From an uncultured delta proteobacterium (GTDB taxonomy: Bacteria; Desulfobacterota; Binatia; Binatales; Binataceae): a DNA stretch of 64,000 nucleotides. The DNA is taken from the NCBI GenBank assembly GCA_963842085.1, contig CAWJET010000002.1, positions 1,056,001-1,120,000 on the forward strand, in the 5' to 3' direction. A program made the position numbers and the translations under genes. Below the pieces are notes generated by a model. The model was not told the origin of the DNA. It made no database searches and was given only the letters and a program-made list of their open reading frames with translations. Shown here in pieces: positions 49,496 to 59,098 of the stretch; position 1 is the first letter of the stretch; every line of letters begins with the position of its first letter.

Positions 49496-50035
49496 GTGGT
49501 GGCTACCGGACTGACGCTTCGAGCGAATTCCGAGACGCGGTTGCCCTCGTTTTTCTATCGGCTCTCGTCGCGCGCACAGCGAACTTACCTGAAGAGCGAC
49601 ACCGTCGAGCGCTTCGACTACGTAGCCAGCGCTGCCGCGCGCAACTCGCTCGACGCCCTCATGCGCGTGCTCGAGACCGGCAACCTCGTCGCATGCACCA
49701 CCTGCACGCGCGCGTTGACTGCGGAAATTTGCCGGGGCCTCGCGACTCCGCCGGTCAACGTCGAGGTCCGTGGTGTACGCCCGCGCAATACGCGCGGCGA
49801 ACTGCACGGGCTGTTCTATCCTTACGATCCGCGGATGCGCAGGCCGCCCTACATCGTGCTCTGGATGCGTACGGCGCAGCGCCACGATGTAGTCAAGCCG
49901 AAGACCTTTGTGCGCACCTTGATGCATGAAATCGGACACTACCTTGATTACGCTCTGCTGCGGCTTGAGGATTCATATCACACGCAGGGATTCTTCAAGC
50001 GCGAGTCGTCGCTGGTGCGCGCGCTGTTCAATTAG
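49496..50035 (+). CDS. Hypothetical HExxH zinc-metallopeptidase-like protein (SprT/WLM-like)
   Basis: RTLMHEIGHYLD...SYHT.GF. Confidence 0.75.
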   Translation: MVATGLTLRANSETRLPSFFYRLSSRAQRTYLKSDTVERFDYVASAAARNSLDALMRVLETGNLVACTTCTRALTAEICRGLATPPVNVEVRGVRPRNTRGELHGLFYPYDPRMRRPPYIVLWMRTAQRHDVVKPKTFVRTLMHEIGHYLDYALLRLEDSYHTQGFFKRESSLVRALFN

Positions 50036-50126
50036 CACCCTTGACAGGGGCGGCTTCGATGCCAATAGCTATTGTCGCGATGCGCCACGCATCCACAATG
50101 ACCTAAACGCGCATCGGGTGGGGTAG

Positions 50127-50594
50127 ATGGCTACCGGTATGGGATTTTTCCAGAGATTGTTTTCGCCGGCTTCGGCGCGCGCGGAATTGCTCGAGGAACT
50201 GGCAGTGCTCGCCGGCCGCAACCAGGGGCTGGTCGAGCGCCTGAAGCGCCATGCCGCGTTGACCTCCACGAATATCAAGATCGGGGTCGAGGCGCTCGCC
50301 GAAAAGGAAGCCGCGCACGTCAAGGTGATTCACTCGATTCTGGCCGACCACAACGTCTGGGCGAAACTGCCGGAGCCCGCCCTGCACGACGGCTCGAACA
50401 ACTGGGCGCGCCTGAGTGGCGACCTCGAGGTGCTTCGAGTGCTTGCAGCCGACCTGCACGACAACGCAATGAAGTGGGAATCCGTCGATGAAGGCGTCGC
50501 GGAAAGGCTGCGTCAAGTAGCGGATGATGACGATGATCGCGAAAGCGAACTGCGCAAGCTCGCGCTGAAGTGCGACGCCCTGGCGCTGGACTGA
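50127..50594 (+). CDS. Hypothetical helical protein, ferritin-like
   Basis: All-helical with an EKEAAH (ExxH) motif. Confidence 0.6.
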   Translation: MATGMGFFQRLFSPASARAELLEELAVLAGRNQGLVERLKRHAALTSTNIKIGVEALAEKEAAHVKVIHSILADHNVWAKLPEPALHDGSNNWARLSGDLEVLRVLAADLHDNAMKWESVDEGVAERLRQVADDDDDRESELRKLALKCDALALD

Positions 50595-51638
50595 CTACAG
50601 GTAGCGCTGCAGCCCGCGGCGCTCGAGCTCCTCGGTCACGCGCCCGACATGCGGCGAGCGCTCGCGTTGCGCAACCAGGATCGCGTCTCCCGTATCGACC
50701 ACGATCAGATCGCGCACGCCGAACAGCACCATCAAGCGCGAATCCGAGTGCGCCAGCACGCGTTCGGAATCGAGCGCAATCGCCCTGCCGCGAAGCACGT
50801 TGCCGCCCGCGCCGCCGACCGCCTCCCACAGCCCGTCCCACGAGCCCACATCATGCCACGAAAATCGCGCGCGCACGCCGAGCACGTTGGCGCTCTTCTC
50901 CATGATCACGCGGTCAAAGGAATCGTAGCGCAGCCGCCTGTGCGTCCGCGCGAGCCGTTCCGCCGCGATGCCGAGCGCCGGGCAATGCGCGTCGAACTCC
51001 CGCGCCAGCGTCCGCGTCGACGCCACGAACATCGAGGCGTTCCACAAGTAGCGCCCGCTGCGCACCATCCGGCGCGCGAGCGCGAGCTCGGGTTTCTCGA
51101 CGAACTGTTCGATTCGAAATCCGCCGCCGACCCCGGGACCGATCTTTTGATAGCCGTAACCGGTTTCGGGCCGCGTCGGTGAAACCCCGATCGCGACGAT
51201 CGAATCGTGCGCCGCGGCCAGACCAATCGCATCGGCAAGCGTGCGGCGATATTGCGCCGCGGTCGCGATGTAATGATCCGCCGCGACCGAAGCGATAACT
51301 CCGTCGCCGAGTCTGCGCTTGATAATGGCGGCGCCATAAGCGATCGCCACTGCGGTGCCGCGCGCTTGCGGTTCAACGATCAGATTCTGTGCCGGAATCA
51401 AGCCGCGGAGCGCGCGCCGGAACGGCCCCTGATGCGCCGCCGCGGCCAGCACGAAAATTCGCTCGCGCGGAATGAGCGGCAGGTGACGCGCGATGGTGTC
51501 GGCGAGCAGGCTGGCCTTGCCGTCGATCGAAAACAGCGGCTTGGGATTCGCCTCGCGGCTCGCCGGCCAGAAGCGCGTGCCGCGGCCGCCCGCGATTATC
51601 AGCACCGAGGCGCGCAGCGGCGCGGAGTTTCGAGCCAT
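50595..51638 (-). CDS. manC: Mannose-1-phosphate guanylyltransferase
   Basis: AGGRGTRFWPASR..PK, EP..RGTA, PETGYGY, FVEKP and WHDVGSW motifs. Confidence 0.9.
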   Translation of the reverse strand: MARNSAPLRASVLIIAGGRGTRFWPASREANPKPLFSIDGKASLLADTIARHLPLIPRERIFVLAAAAHQGPFRRALRGLIPAQNLIVEPQARGTAVAIAYGAAIIKRRLGDGVIASVAADHYIATAAQYRRTLADAIGLAAAHDSIVAIGVSPTRPETGYGYQKIGPGVGGGFRIEQFVEKPELALARRMVRSGRYLWNASMFVASTRTLAREFDAHCPALGIAAERLARTHRRLRYDSFDRVIMEKSANVLGVRARFSWHDVGSWDGLWEAVGGAGGNVLRGRAIALDSERVLAHSDSRLMVLFGVRDLIVVDTGDAILVAQRERSPHVGRVTEELERRGLQRYL

Positions 51639-51642
51639 CGCG

Positions 51643-52998
51643 TCAGAGCGCGCCGAGTTCGCGGAGTTTGCCGTCGAACAGCGCGCGAATTTCGGCCAGT
51701 CGCTTTTCGCTGGTTGCTTCGAACCGCGTCACCAGCGCGGGCTGCGTGTTCGACGCGCGCACCAGGCCCCAGCCGTCGGCAAAATTCACGCGCACGCCGT
51801 CGATGTCGATAACCTCGTAGTGCTTGCGGAAAAAGTCAGCCGCCCGCCGCACCACTTCGAACTTGCGATCGTCGGGGCAGTCTACGCGAATCTCCGGCGT
51901 GAAGTGGCTGGCCGGAAGATCGGCCAGGATCGCGCCGAGGCCGCGGCCCTCGCGGCTCAGAATCTCCAGAATGCGGAACGACGCGTAAATCGCGTCGTCG
52001 AAGCCGAAGTAGCGGTCGGCGAAAAACATGTGCCCACTCATCTCGCCCGCCAGCACCGCGTGCTCTTCCTTCAACTTGCTCTTGATCAGCGAATGCCCCG
52101 TCTTCCACATGATAGGCCGGCCGCCGTGGCGCGCGATATCGTCGTACATCCGCTTCGAGCATTTCACGTCGCCAATAATCGTCGCGCCTGGACGCTCGCG
52201 CAGAATTGCCCGCGAGAACGCCACCATCAACTCGTCGCCCCACACGATCTTTCCGTTCTCGTCCACCGCACCGACGCGGTCGGCGTCGCCGTCGTACGCG
52301 ATACCGATCGCGGCGCGATTTTTTTCCACCGCCGCGACGAGGTCCCGCATGTTCTCTTCGACGGTCGGGTCGGGGTGATGGTTCGGGAAGCGCCCGTCCA
52401 TCTCGGTGTAGAGCTCGATCGTGTCGAGGCCGAGCCGCTTCATCAACGGCGCCGCAACCACGCCGCCGCATCCGTTGCCCCCGTCCACGACTACCTTCAG
52501 CCCCGGCTTGAGCTTGAACTGCGACATTATGAAATCATTGTAGTCGGGAATCACCGGACGGTCGGAGAGCATGCCCTTGGCTCCCGTCGTGACAAAGTCG
52601 CGCCGCTCGATTATTTCGCGCAGCCGCTGAATCTCCGCGCCGTAAATCGTCGTCGGACCCACGCCCAGCTTGAAGCCGTTGTACTCGGCAGCGTTGTGGC
52701 TGCCGGTGATCATCACGCCGCCGTCCATCTTCCAGCTCAGCACCGAAAAATAGAGGAGCGGTGTCGGCACCACGCCGATGTCAACCACGTTGATGCCGGC
52801 GCCGAGGAGGCCCTCGGCCAATCGATCGCGCAGCCGGTCCGATGACAGCCGGCAATCGCGTCCGAGCGTGACGGTTTTTTTCCCGGCGCGATGCAACAGC
52901 GTGGCATAGCCGCGCCCCAGATCGGCCACGAACCCGTCGTCGAAATCGCTTGCGACGACCCCGCGGATATCGTACTCGCGGAAGACTTGCGAATTCAT
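51643..52998 (-). CDS. Phosphomannomutase/phosphoglucomutase (AlgC/ManB type)
   Basis: FREYDIRG, TGSHN, DGDADR, GEMSGH and RASNT motifs. Confidence 0.94.
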   Translation of the reverse strand: MNSQVFREYDIRGVVASDFDDGFVADLGRGYATLLHRAGKKTVTLGRDCRLSSDRLRDRLAEGLLGAGINVVDIGVVPTPLLYFSVLSWKMDGGVMITGSHNAAEYNGFKLGVGPTTIYGAEIQRLREIIERRDFVTTGAKGMLSDRPVIPDYNDFIMSQFKLKPGLKVVVDGGNGCGGVVAAPLMKRLGLDTIELYTEMDGRFPNHHPDPTVEENMRDLVAAVEKNRAAIGIAYDGDADRVGAVDENGKIVWGDELMVAFSRAILRERPGATIIGDVKCSKRMYDDIARHGGRPIMWKTGHSLIKSKLKEEHAVLAGEMSGHMFFADRYFGFDDAIYASFRILEILSREGRGLGAILADLPASHFTPEIRVDCPDDRKFEVVRRAADFFRKHYEVIDIDGVRVNFADGWGLVRASNTQPALVTRFEATSEKRLAEIRALFDGKLRELGAL

Positions 52999-53045
52999 TA
53001 TCGTCAGTCTGTGCGAGCAATTACGTCAGCGCAAGATGCCTCCCA

Positions 53046-53795
53046 ATGACACCCCCAAGGGCATCGCGCGGCGGGGACGAAGCGCGCGTCGCAGTTGTCA
53101 CCGGCGCCGGCCGTGGCATCGGACGCGCCGTCGCGCTCGAACTCGCGCGTGCCGGCTACTCGCTCTGCCTCGCCGCGCGCTCGCGCGATGAACTCGAGGA
53201 AACCCGCTCCCAGAGCGGCCTGCCGCCCGAGCGCGCGCTGATCGTGCTGGTTGACCTGGCCAGCGAGGATGCGCCCGACCAGCTAGTCGGCGCGGCGCTC
53301 GATTGCTACGGGCGTATCGACGTGCTCATCAACAACGCCGGCTGGGCGCCGCCGCGAACGCCGCTGCTCAAGATGCGTCCCGCCGATTTCGACCGCATGA
53401 TCGCCGTGAACCTGCGCGCGCCGATCGCGCTCACGCGCCTGGCCGCGGCTGCGATGATCCCGCGAGGCGCCGGCACGATCGTCAACGTCGCATCCTCGGC
53501 CGCTATCAAGGCGCCCGCGGGCGAGGCCGTTTACGCCGCGACCAAGTCCGGATTAATCGCCTTCACGCGCGCGGCGTTCACCGAGATGCGGCAGAGCGGG
53601 CTAAAGCTCGCGGTGATCGTTCCGGGACTTGTCGACACCGCGCTGATTCCGAATAACAAGCGGCTCGATCGCACCGCGATGCTTTCGACGGCCGACGTCG
53701 CCCGCGCCGTGATGCAGATCGTGAACTCGCCCGCGGGCGCGTGTCCGGTCGAGGTGACGCTCGAGCCGCAACTCGATCCGGAGCGGCAGGGGTGA
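53046..53795 (+). CDS. Short-chain dehydrogenase/reductase
   Basis: TGAGRGIG, NNAG and YAATK motifs; the stop codon lies inside the REP palindrome. Confidence 0.9.
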   Translation: MTPPRASRGGDEARVAVVTGAGRGIGRAVALELARAGYSLCLAARSRDELEETRSQSGLPPERALIVLVDLASEDAPDQLVGAALDCYGRIDVLINNAGWAPPRTPLLKMRPADFDRMIAVNLRAPIALTRLAAAAMIPRGAGTIVNVASSAAIKAPAGEAVYAATKSGLIAFTRAAFTEMRQSGLKLAVIVPGLVDTALIPNNKRLDRTAMLSTADVARAVMQIVNSPAGACPVEVTLEPQLDPERQG

Positions 53796-53806
53796 CCCCT
53801 GCACCC
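53786..53806 (+). repeat. REP-like palindrome providing the SDR stop codon
   Basis: CAG GGG TGA CCCCTGCACCCAGTGATT. Confidence 0.85.
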
Positions 53807-53849
53807 AGTGATTAAGAAGAGACGGACGGAGTTTACCCTGAGTACTCGT

Positions 53850-53948
53850 AGCGTCCCTACTAGGAGGGGTTATCCGGAAGAAGCCGCGCACCCTCTCTCC
53901 ACGATTATGTCCCCTTCCCACATTGGAAGGGTTAGGGGTTAGGTTAGC
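53850..53948. repeat. Degenerate CCCCTTCC...GGAAGG-GTTAGGGG hairpin repeat (same family as 26-430)
   Basis: CCCCTTCCCACATTGGAAGGGTTAGGGGTTAGG resembles CCCTTTCCGCACCGGAAAGGAGGTTAGGGGGATAGG at 212-247. Confidence 0.6.
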
Positions 53949-54836
53949 GTGCATCGATCATTCACGGCGCGATTCGCGCTCGTGCTTGCCGCGGGAATCG
54001 TCGCCGCGATCGTTCTCGCACCGCTCGCGGCTGTCGCGGTTGCGGCCGCTGGCTGGCGCTTCCCGTTTCCGCGAATTTTCGATCGAACCGTGATGGCGAC
54101 GCTGCTGATCGCGATGCTCTTCAGCGCGCGCCATTTGAATCTCGCCTCGCTACTGAGCCGCGGCTTCAGGCATACCGCGGCACCGAGCATCGCGCGCGCG
54201 ATTCGCGGTTTCGTAGTGGCGATGTGCGCGCTCGCGATTCTATTGGCGTTGGCACTCGCGGTCGGCGGCGGCGGAGTGGGCGATCACGTGGCAGCCGCAG
54301 CGCTGATACCGAAATACTTTCTCTCGGCGATCGTGATCGCATTCATCGAGGAAGCATTCTTCCGTGCATTCCTGCTCGGCGGCATGGAAGGCGACTTCGG
54401 CAACCGAATTGCGCTGATTGCGAGCGCCGCCATCTACGCCATCGCGCATCTCGTGCGATCCCCGGCTCGCTTTTACGTCACCGGCTATGAGCCGGCCGCG
54501 GGATTGATGACGCTCGCGCACAGCATCGACCAATTCGCAGATCCCGCGGTTGCCGTTCCCACCCTGATAGGCCTATTCCTGCTCGGCATCGTACTCGGCG
54601 AAGCGTATATCCTCACGGGCAGTGTGTATTTTTCGATCGGCCTGCACTGCGGCTTCGTACTGGGCGCAAAGATGTGGCCGAAAATAATTCTGAACCGCGC
54701 CGCAATCCCATGGTGGATAGCAGGCGGTGGCGCAATCCCACTAATCGGCGGCGCCGCCGCATGGGCGATAGCAATAGCGATCCTCGCGCTGCTCCGCCCA
54801 ATCACCCGCGCGCAACGAACGGTGCCTGGCAGCTAG
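53949..54836 (+). CDS. CPBP/Abi family intramembrane metalloprotease
   Basis: EEAFFR, YAIAH and SIGLH motifs, multiple TM helices. Confidence 0.88.
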   Translation: MHRSFTARFALVLAAGIVAAIVLAPLAAVAVAAAGWRFPFPRIFDRTVMATLLIAMLFSARHLNLASLLSRGFRHTAAPSIARAIRGFVVAMCALAILLALALAVGGGGVGDHVAAAALIPKYFLSAIVIAFIEEAFFRAFLLGGMEGDFGNRIALIASAAIYAIAHLVRSPARFYVTGYEPAAGLMTLAHSIDQFADPAVAVPTLIGLFLLGIVLGEAYILTGSVYFSIGLHCGFVLGAKMWPKIILNRAAIPWWIAGGGAIPLIGGAAAWAIAIAILALLRPITRAQRTVPGS

Positions 54837-55909
54837 TCGTACAGCGAGGGGGTGCCGCTTACTGGTCGGGTGCGGTAGCGGCGGTGCGTCCAGAGCCATT
54901 GCTCGGGGTACTTTCGGACCATCTCTTCGATAGCTTTCTGATAACGCGCGGTGTTCACCAGCGCGTCGGCATCGCGGTCGGCAGTGCGTTGCTGCGGGAT
55001 CTCTTCGAAAATTTCTATGACATGACTGACGCCGTCCGGTTGGCGCACGATGAAGACGGGAACGACTGGCGCGCCCGCCATCATCGCGAGGCGGTCGAAG
55101 CCGCTCGGCGTCGCGGCCAGCTCGCCGAAGAACGGCACCCAGATGGCCTCGGAGCGCTTGGCGTTCTGATCGAGCGGGATGCCGATAATCTCGCCGCGCT
55201 TGAGCGAGCGGAGCATCTCGCGCGCCGCGGAGTGCTTGCGGATTATCTGCACTCCCGCGCGCTCGCGAATGAATGACACCAGGTCGTCGCCCGCCAGGAA
55301 GCGTTGCGTGTGATGTACCAACCCTATCTGGAATCCGTGCAGCGCATGCCCTGCCGGCAGCAGCTCGAAACCTCCAAAGTGCGCAGTGAGGATGAGCGCG
55401 CCCTTGCCCGGGTACTTCGGGTGCACTTTGTTCCAGATGTCGAGGCGGTTGTAGCTGACGCGGCGCCCGAGGCGTCGATAGAAGAACCCGCCCAACCGGA
55501 CGTACTCGGCGCCGGTGCGGCCGAGGTTGATGTACGACGCGCGCAGGATGCGTCTTCGCTCCGCGTCGCTCTTTTCGGGGAAAGCGATTTCGAGATTGCG
55601 GATTCCGATCCGCGTGTGGCGGCTATCCAGGTGATAGAAAAGCAAGCCGCAAGCGATCCCCAGTTTGTACAGGATGAAGTCGGGCAGGAGGCTAAGCGCG
55701 TGCAGCGCGGCGACCAGCATCCAGAAGATCAGCCGATCCTTGAGTCCCAGCTGGATGCGCGTGCTCTTGGGCGGTCCGAGCGACAGCGGAAAGACCGGCT
55801 CATGCTTACCGTCGGCCGTCGGCGCGCCACGCTTCAATACATCGCCGATCGAATCCGGCGATTCTGTGCGATCAAGCTGGGGACTTGCTGACGGAGACGC
55901 TAGTGCCAT
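54833..55909 (-). CDS. Lipid A biosynthesis acyltransferase (LpxL/HtrB family)
   Basis: TAHFGGFE, LDQ, VPFFG and PEQWLWTHRR motifs. Confidence 0.9.
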   Translation of the reverse strand: MALASPSASPQLDRTESPDSIGDVLKRGAPTADGKHEPVFPLSLGPPKSTRIQLGLKDRLIFWMLVAALHALSLLPDFILYKLGIACGLLFYHLDSRHTRIGIRNLEIAFPEKSDAERRRILRASYINLGRTGAEYVRLGGFFYRRLGRRVSYNRLDIWNKVHPKYPGKGALILTAHFGGFELLPAGHALHGFQIGLVHHTQRFLAGDDLVSFIRERAGVQIIRKHSAAREMLRSLKRGEIIGIPLDQNAKRSEAIWVPFFGELAATPSGFDRLAMMAGAPVVPVFIVRQPDGVSHVIEIFEEIPQQRTADRDADALVNTARYQKAIEEMVRKYPEQWLWTHRRYRTRPVSGTPSLYD

Positions 55910-57145
55910 CTACAGTACCGACCGTTCGCGCTTCGGACCCTTGGGAATTACGACCAGGCCCGAATCGGTTACGAAGAATCGCTGCCGATCGCGCTCGAGG
56001 TCGTAGCCTATCTCTTCGCCCTCGGGAACGTAGACGTTCTTGTCGATAATCGCGCGGCGAATTTTCGCGTGCCGCCCGATTTCCGCATAGTCCATGATGA
56101 CCGAGTCCTCGACCAGGCTGTACGAGTGCACGAACACCGAGCGGCCGAGCACGGAATTGCGAATCGCGCCTCCCGACACGATACATCCCTCCCCGATCAC
56201 CGAATGCAGCGCCAGCCCGCGCCGGCCGTTCTCGTCGAACACGAACTTTGCCGGCGGCTGATCGTAATACGCGGTGCGCAGCGGCCAGTACGGATTGTAC
56301 AGGTTCAGATGCGGGCGCGCGTCGCGCAGGTCCATGTTGGCCTCGTAGTAGGCGTCGAGCGTACCGACGTCGCGCCAGTAGCTGAGATTAGCCTCGGAGT
56401 CGCCGCGGATGCGATTGGTCATGAAGTTATACGCATACACCGGGACGCGGTTGATGAGCGCCGGGATAAGGTCGCGGCCGAAATCGTGATTGCTGTCTTC
56501 GCGAATTGAATCTTCGATCAGCGCCTCGCGCAGGACGTCGGGACTGAACAGGTAATTGCCCATCGAGGCCAGCGAGCGGCCCGGCGCGCCGGGCATCTGC
56601 GGCGGATTGTCGGGCTTCTCGACGAAGCCCGAGACGCGCAAGCCCGAATCGACCTGCACGATCCCGAACTGATTCGCCTCGTCGACAGACACCGGCAGCG
56701 TCGCGACCGTGACCGCCGCCTTGCGCTCGACGTGAAACTCGATCATCTGCTGGATGTCCATCCGGTAGACGTGGTCCGCGCCAAAGACCGCGACCAGGTC
56801 CGGCTTGGTGTCGTCGATAAGATTCAGATTCTGAAAAATCGCGTCGGCCGTGCCCTGGTACCACAACTCTCCCATCCGCATCTGCGCCGGAACCGGAATG
56901 ACGAAGTGATCCGGCAGCATCCCGCCGAATTGCCATCCGTCCTTGAGATGTTCGATCAGCGATTGCGAACGCCATTGCACAAGCACGTAGATCGCGTAGA
57001 TACCCGAGTTGACGAGGTTGGAGAGCACGAAGTCGATGATGCGGTATTTGCCGCCGAACGGGACGGCAGGCTTGGCGCGATCCCGGGTCAACGGATGGAG
57101 CCTGGTCCCCTGCCCCCCGGCCATCACTAGCGCCAGCGTTCTCAT
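55910..57145 (-). CDS. glgC: Glucose-1-phosphate adenylyltransferase
   Basis: AGGQGTRL.PLT..RAKPAVPFGGKYRIIDF, GTADAI, SMGNY and YWRDVGT motifs. Confidence 0.96.
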   Translation of the reverse strand: MRTLALVMAGGQGTRLHPLTRDRAKPAVPFGGKYRIIDFVLSNLVNSGIYAIYVLVQWRSQSLIEHLKDGWQFGGMLPDHFVIPVPAQMRMGELWYQGTADAIFQNLNLIDDTKPDLVAVFGADHVYRMDIQQMIEFHVERKAAVTVATLPVSVDEANQFGIVQVDSGLRVSGFVEKPDNPPQMPGAPGRSLASMGNYLFSPDVLREALIEDSIREDSNHDFGRDLIPALINRVPVYAYNFMTNRIRGDSEANLSYWRDVGTLDAYYEANMDLRDARPHLNLYNPYWPLRTAYYDQPPAKFVFDENGRRGLALHSVIGEGCIVSGGAIRNSVLGRSVFVHSYSLVEDSVIMDYAEIGRHAKIRRAIIDKNVYVPEGEEIGYDLERDRQRFFVTDSGLVVIPKGPKRERSVL

Positions 57146-57410
57146 TTGAGCAAACGGGCTCGAATCGTCATCGCGCGGTCATCCTGGGCAAAATAAGCCC
57201 GCCAAGTATAGGTGTCCCGCGGTCTCATCGAAAGCCCATCGGTCCGGCGCCGGGAAGCAGCGTCTTTCACCCGCGAAATCTCAGAGGTTTGTAGCAAGGC
57301 CGCAAGAATTTCCCGATGGTGGTGCAAGGCAGTCATAGAAAAGGAGCTTTTGCGGCGCGAATTGAGGCTGATTTTACTCGATTTTGCGTCCTGCCGCCAA
57401 TTGAGGCACG

Positions 57411-57426
57411 AGGCACGTCATTTGCT
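57411..57426 (+). promoter_or_regulatory. Putative sigma54 (-24/-12) promoter
   Basis: AGGCACGTCATTTGCT (GG-N10-GC, close to TGGCAC-N5-TTGC), about 100 bp upstream of the 57530 gene. Confidence 0.6.
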
Positions 57427-57529
57427 TGAAACTTTCCCGAGGTTGTTACGTCTAAAACGCTAGGCATCGATTATGGTAGTCGGATGCGAGCCCTCTCGCG
57501 ATGGAGCGCGATGGAGGAGGTAGAGAAAA

Positions 57530-57817
57530 ATGCAAGCAGCGCAAGAATCCAGAACAACCGGCCAAGGCGTAGTTTACCGGACGATTTGTCAGAATCCCGG
57601 CTGCGGGTTTAAGTTCGATCTCAGAATAACGCCTCAAAACGCGGGTCTCCTCAGCGGTTCGATGGCATGTCCGCACTGCAAGCGGCACGGTGGCCAACTG
57701 AAGTCCCAGGGACGCATCAGCGAAAAGCTCTTCGCGGCCAAGTTGTTGTTCCGCCCCACGGGCGTTGGGCCGACGCGAGGCGACGAGGACGAAATGGGAG
57801 CGGACTCCCGCTATTAA
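57530..57817 (+). CDS. Hypothetical zinc-finger protein
   Basis: GGAGGAGG RBS; CQNPGC...CPHC; followed by a terminator. Confidence 0.75.
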   Translation: MQAAQESRTTGQGVVYRTICQNPGCGFKFDLRITPQNAGLLSGSMACPHCKRHGGQLKSQGRISEKLFAAKLLFRPTGVGPTRGDEDEMGADSRY

Positions 57818-57877
57818 CTGCGATGCGGATCATCTAATCTAGGTAGCCGTCACCAGATCCGTTGACCTATCATTACG

Positions 57878-57916
57878 ACGCGCGCCGTCCGGATTCCGGA
57901 CGGCGCGCGCGTTTTT
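57878..57916 (+). terminator. Hairpin terminator between convergent genes
   Basis: GCGCGCCGTCCGGA-T-TCCGGACGGCGCGC followed by GCGTTTTT. Confidence 0.75.
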
Positions 57917-57944
57917 CAGCTGCCTGGGGCGGCGAGGATCGCGA

Positions 57945-58586
57945 TCAGCCGCCGGCGACCGGCACAGCGGCGACGCCTTGCAGGTTGCGGATGCTAGGCC
58001 GCTCCATCATCCGCTTGATCCATGCGTCGATGTTGCCGCGGTTGTTGCCGAGCACGTCGATTCCGATGTCGTTCAGTATCAGCATCCTCGGCGCGAAGGC
58101 GACGTCGGCAACCGAAAACTCGCCGGCGAGAAAATTGTTGCCCTGCAATTCGTGGTTCAGGTAGTCGAGCACGCGCTCGACCGACTGATGGAGCCGCTGC
58201 ACGCGACTCTGGTCGCGATCGCCTTCGGGCTTGGAAACCTCGGCGATCAACTGGCCGACCGGCGGCGTGAACGACGTGTCGGCGAAGTCCTCGAACAGGC
58301 GCGCCCGCGAGCGCATCGCGCTGGATCCCACCGGCGGCAGCACGGGCGGCTCGGGATACTCGTCCTCGAGATACTCGTTGATGATCGTCGAATCGTAAAT
58401 CGTCGTGTCGTCATCGACCAGCACCGGCACGCGTCCGAAAGGGTTGAGCCGCAGAAAGTCGGGCTTGCGATTTTCGTGCTGGGTCAAATCGACCGGGACC
58501 AGGTCGTAGGTCAAGGCCTTCTCGGCCAGCACGATGCGGACCTTCTGACCGTAGGGGCAGGAAAGGAAGTCGTAGAGTTTGATCAT
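57945..58586 (-). CDS. Glutathione S-transferase family protein
   Basis: CPYGQKVR, NPFGRVPVL, DSTIINEYL and FSVADVA motifs. Confidence 0.9.
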   Translation of the reverse strand: MIKLYDFLSCPYGQKVRIVLAEKALTYDLVPVDLTQHENRKPDFLRLNPFGRVPVLVDDDTTIYDSTIINEYLEDEYPEPPVLPPVGSSAMRSRARLFEDFADTSFTPPVGQLIAEVSKPEGDRDQSRVQRLHQSVERVLDYLNHELQGNNFLAGEFSVADVAFAPRMLILNDIGIDVLGNNRGNIDAWIKRMMERPSIRNLQGVAAVPVAGG

Positions 58587-58599
58587 ATCGGGCAAGTCC

Positions 58600-59055
58600 T
58601 CATTCGGCTTGCGCCGCGACGGTAATCTTCAAGCTGGCTTCAACCTCGGAATCGAGCTTGACCGGCACCGTGAATTCTCCGAGCTGCTTGATCGGCTCCG
58701 GCAGGTGAATCTTGCGGCGCTCGATATCGAGGCCGTTTTCGCGCAGCGCGCGTTCGAGATCGATGTTGGTAACCGAGCCGAAGAGCTTGCCTTCCTCGCC
58801 GGCGCGGGCATGCAGGGTCAGCGCGAGGGCCTCGATCCTGGCCTTGACCGAGAGGGCGTCGGTGCGTTTGATCTCGCGCCGGCGCGCGGCGGTGCGCTTC
58901 TGATGCTCGAAGGCGCGGAGATTTTTCTGATCCGCCTCGACCGCGAGCTTGCGCGGCAACAGGTAGTTGCGGGCGTAGCCGGCGCGGACCTTGACCACGT
59001 CGCCGGTCCTTCCCAGGTTGGGAAGGTCCTCGTTAAGTATGACTTGCACGTTCAT
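58600..59055 (-). CDS. rplI: 50S ribosomal protein L9
   Basis: VKVRAGYARNYLLP and GKLFGSVT motifs. Confidence 0.97.
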   Translation of the reverse strand: MNVQVILNEDLPNLGRTGDVVKVRAGYARNYLLPRKLAVEADQKNLRAFEHQKRTAARRREIKRTDALSVKARIEALALTLHARAGEEGKLFGSVTNIDLERALRENGLDIERRKIHLPEPIKQLGEFTVPVKLDSEVEASLKITVAAQAE

Positions 59056-59098
59056 CGTCTTTGCCGCCTCATCGTCTGGATCACCGTGTTGCCCCTTC

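Noticed and set aside
57230-57270. SRP (4.5S) RNA-like string GGTCCGGCGCCGGGAAGCAGC
   Set aside because: It lacks the CAGG and GNRA tetraloop of the SRP domain IV core and has no long flanking helix.
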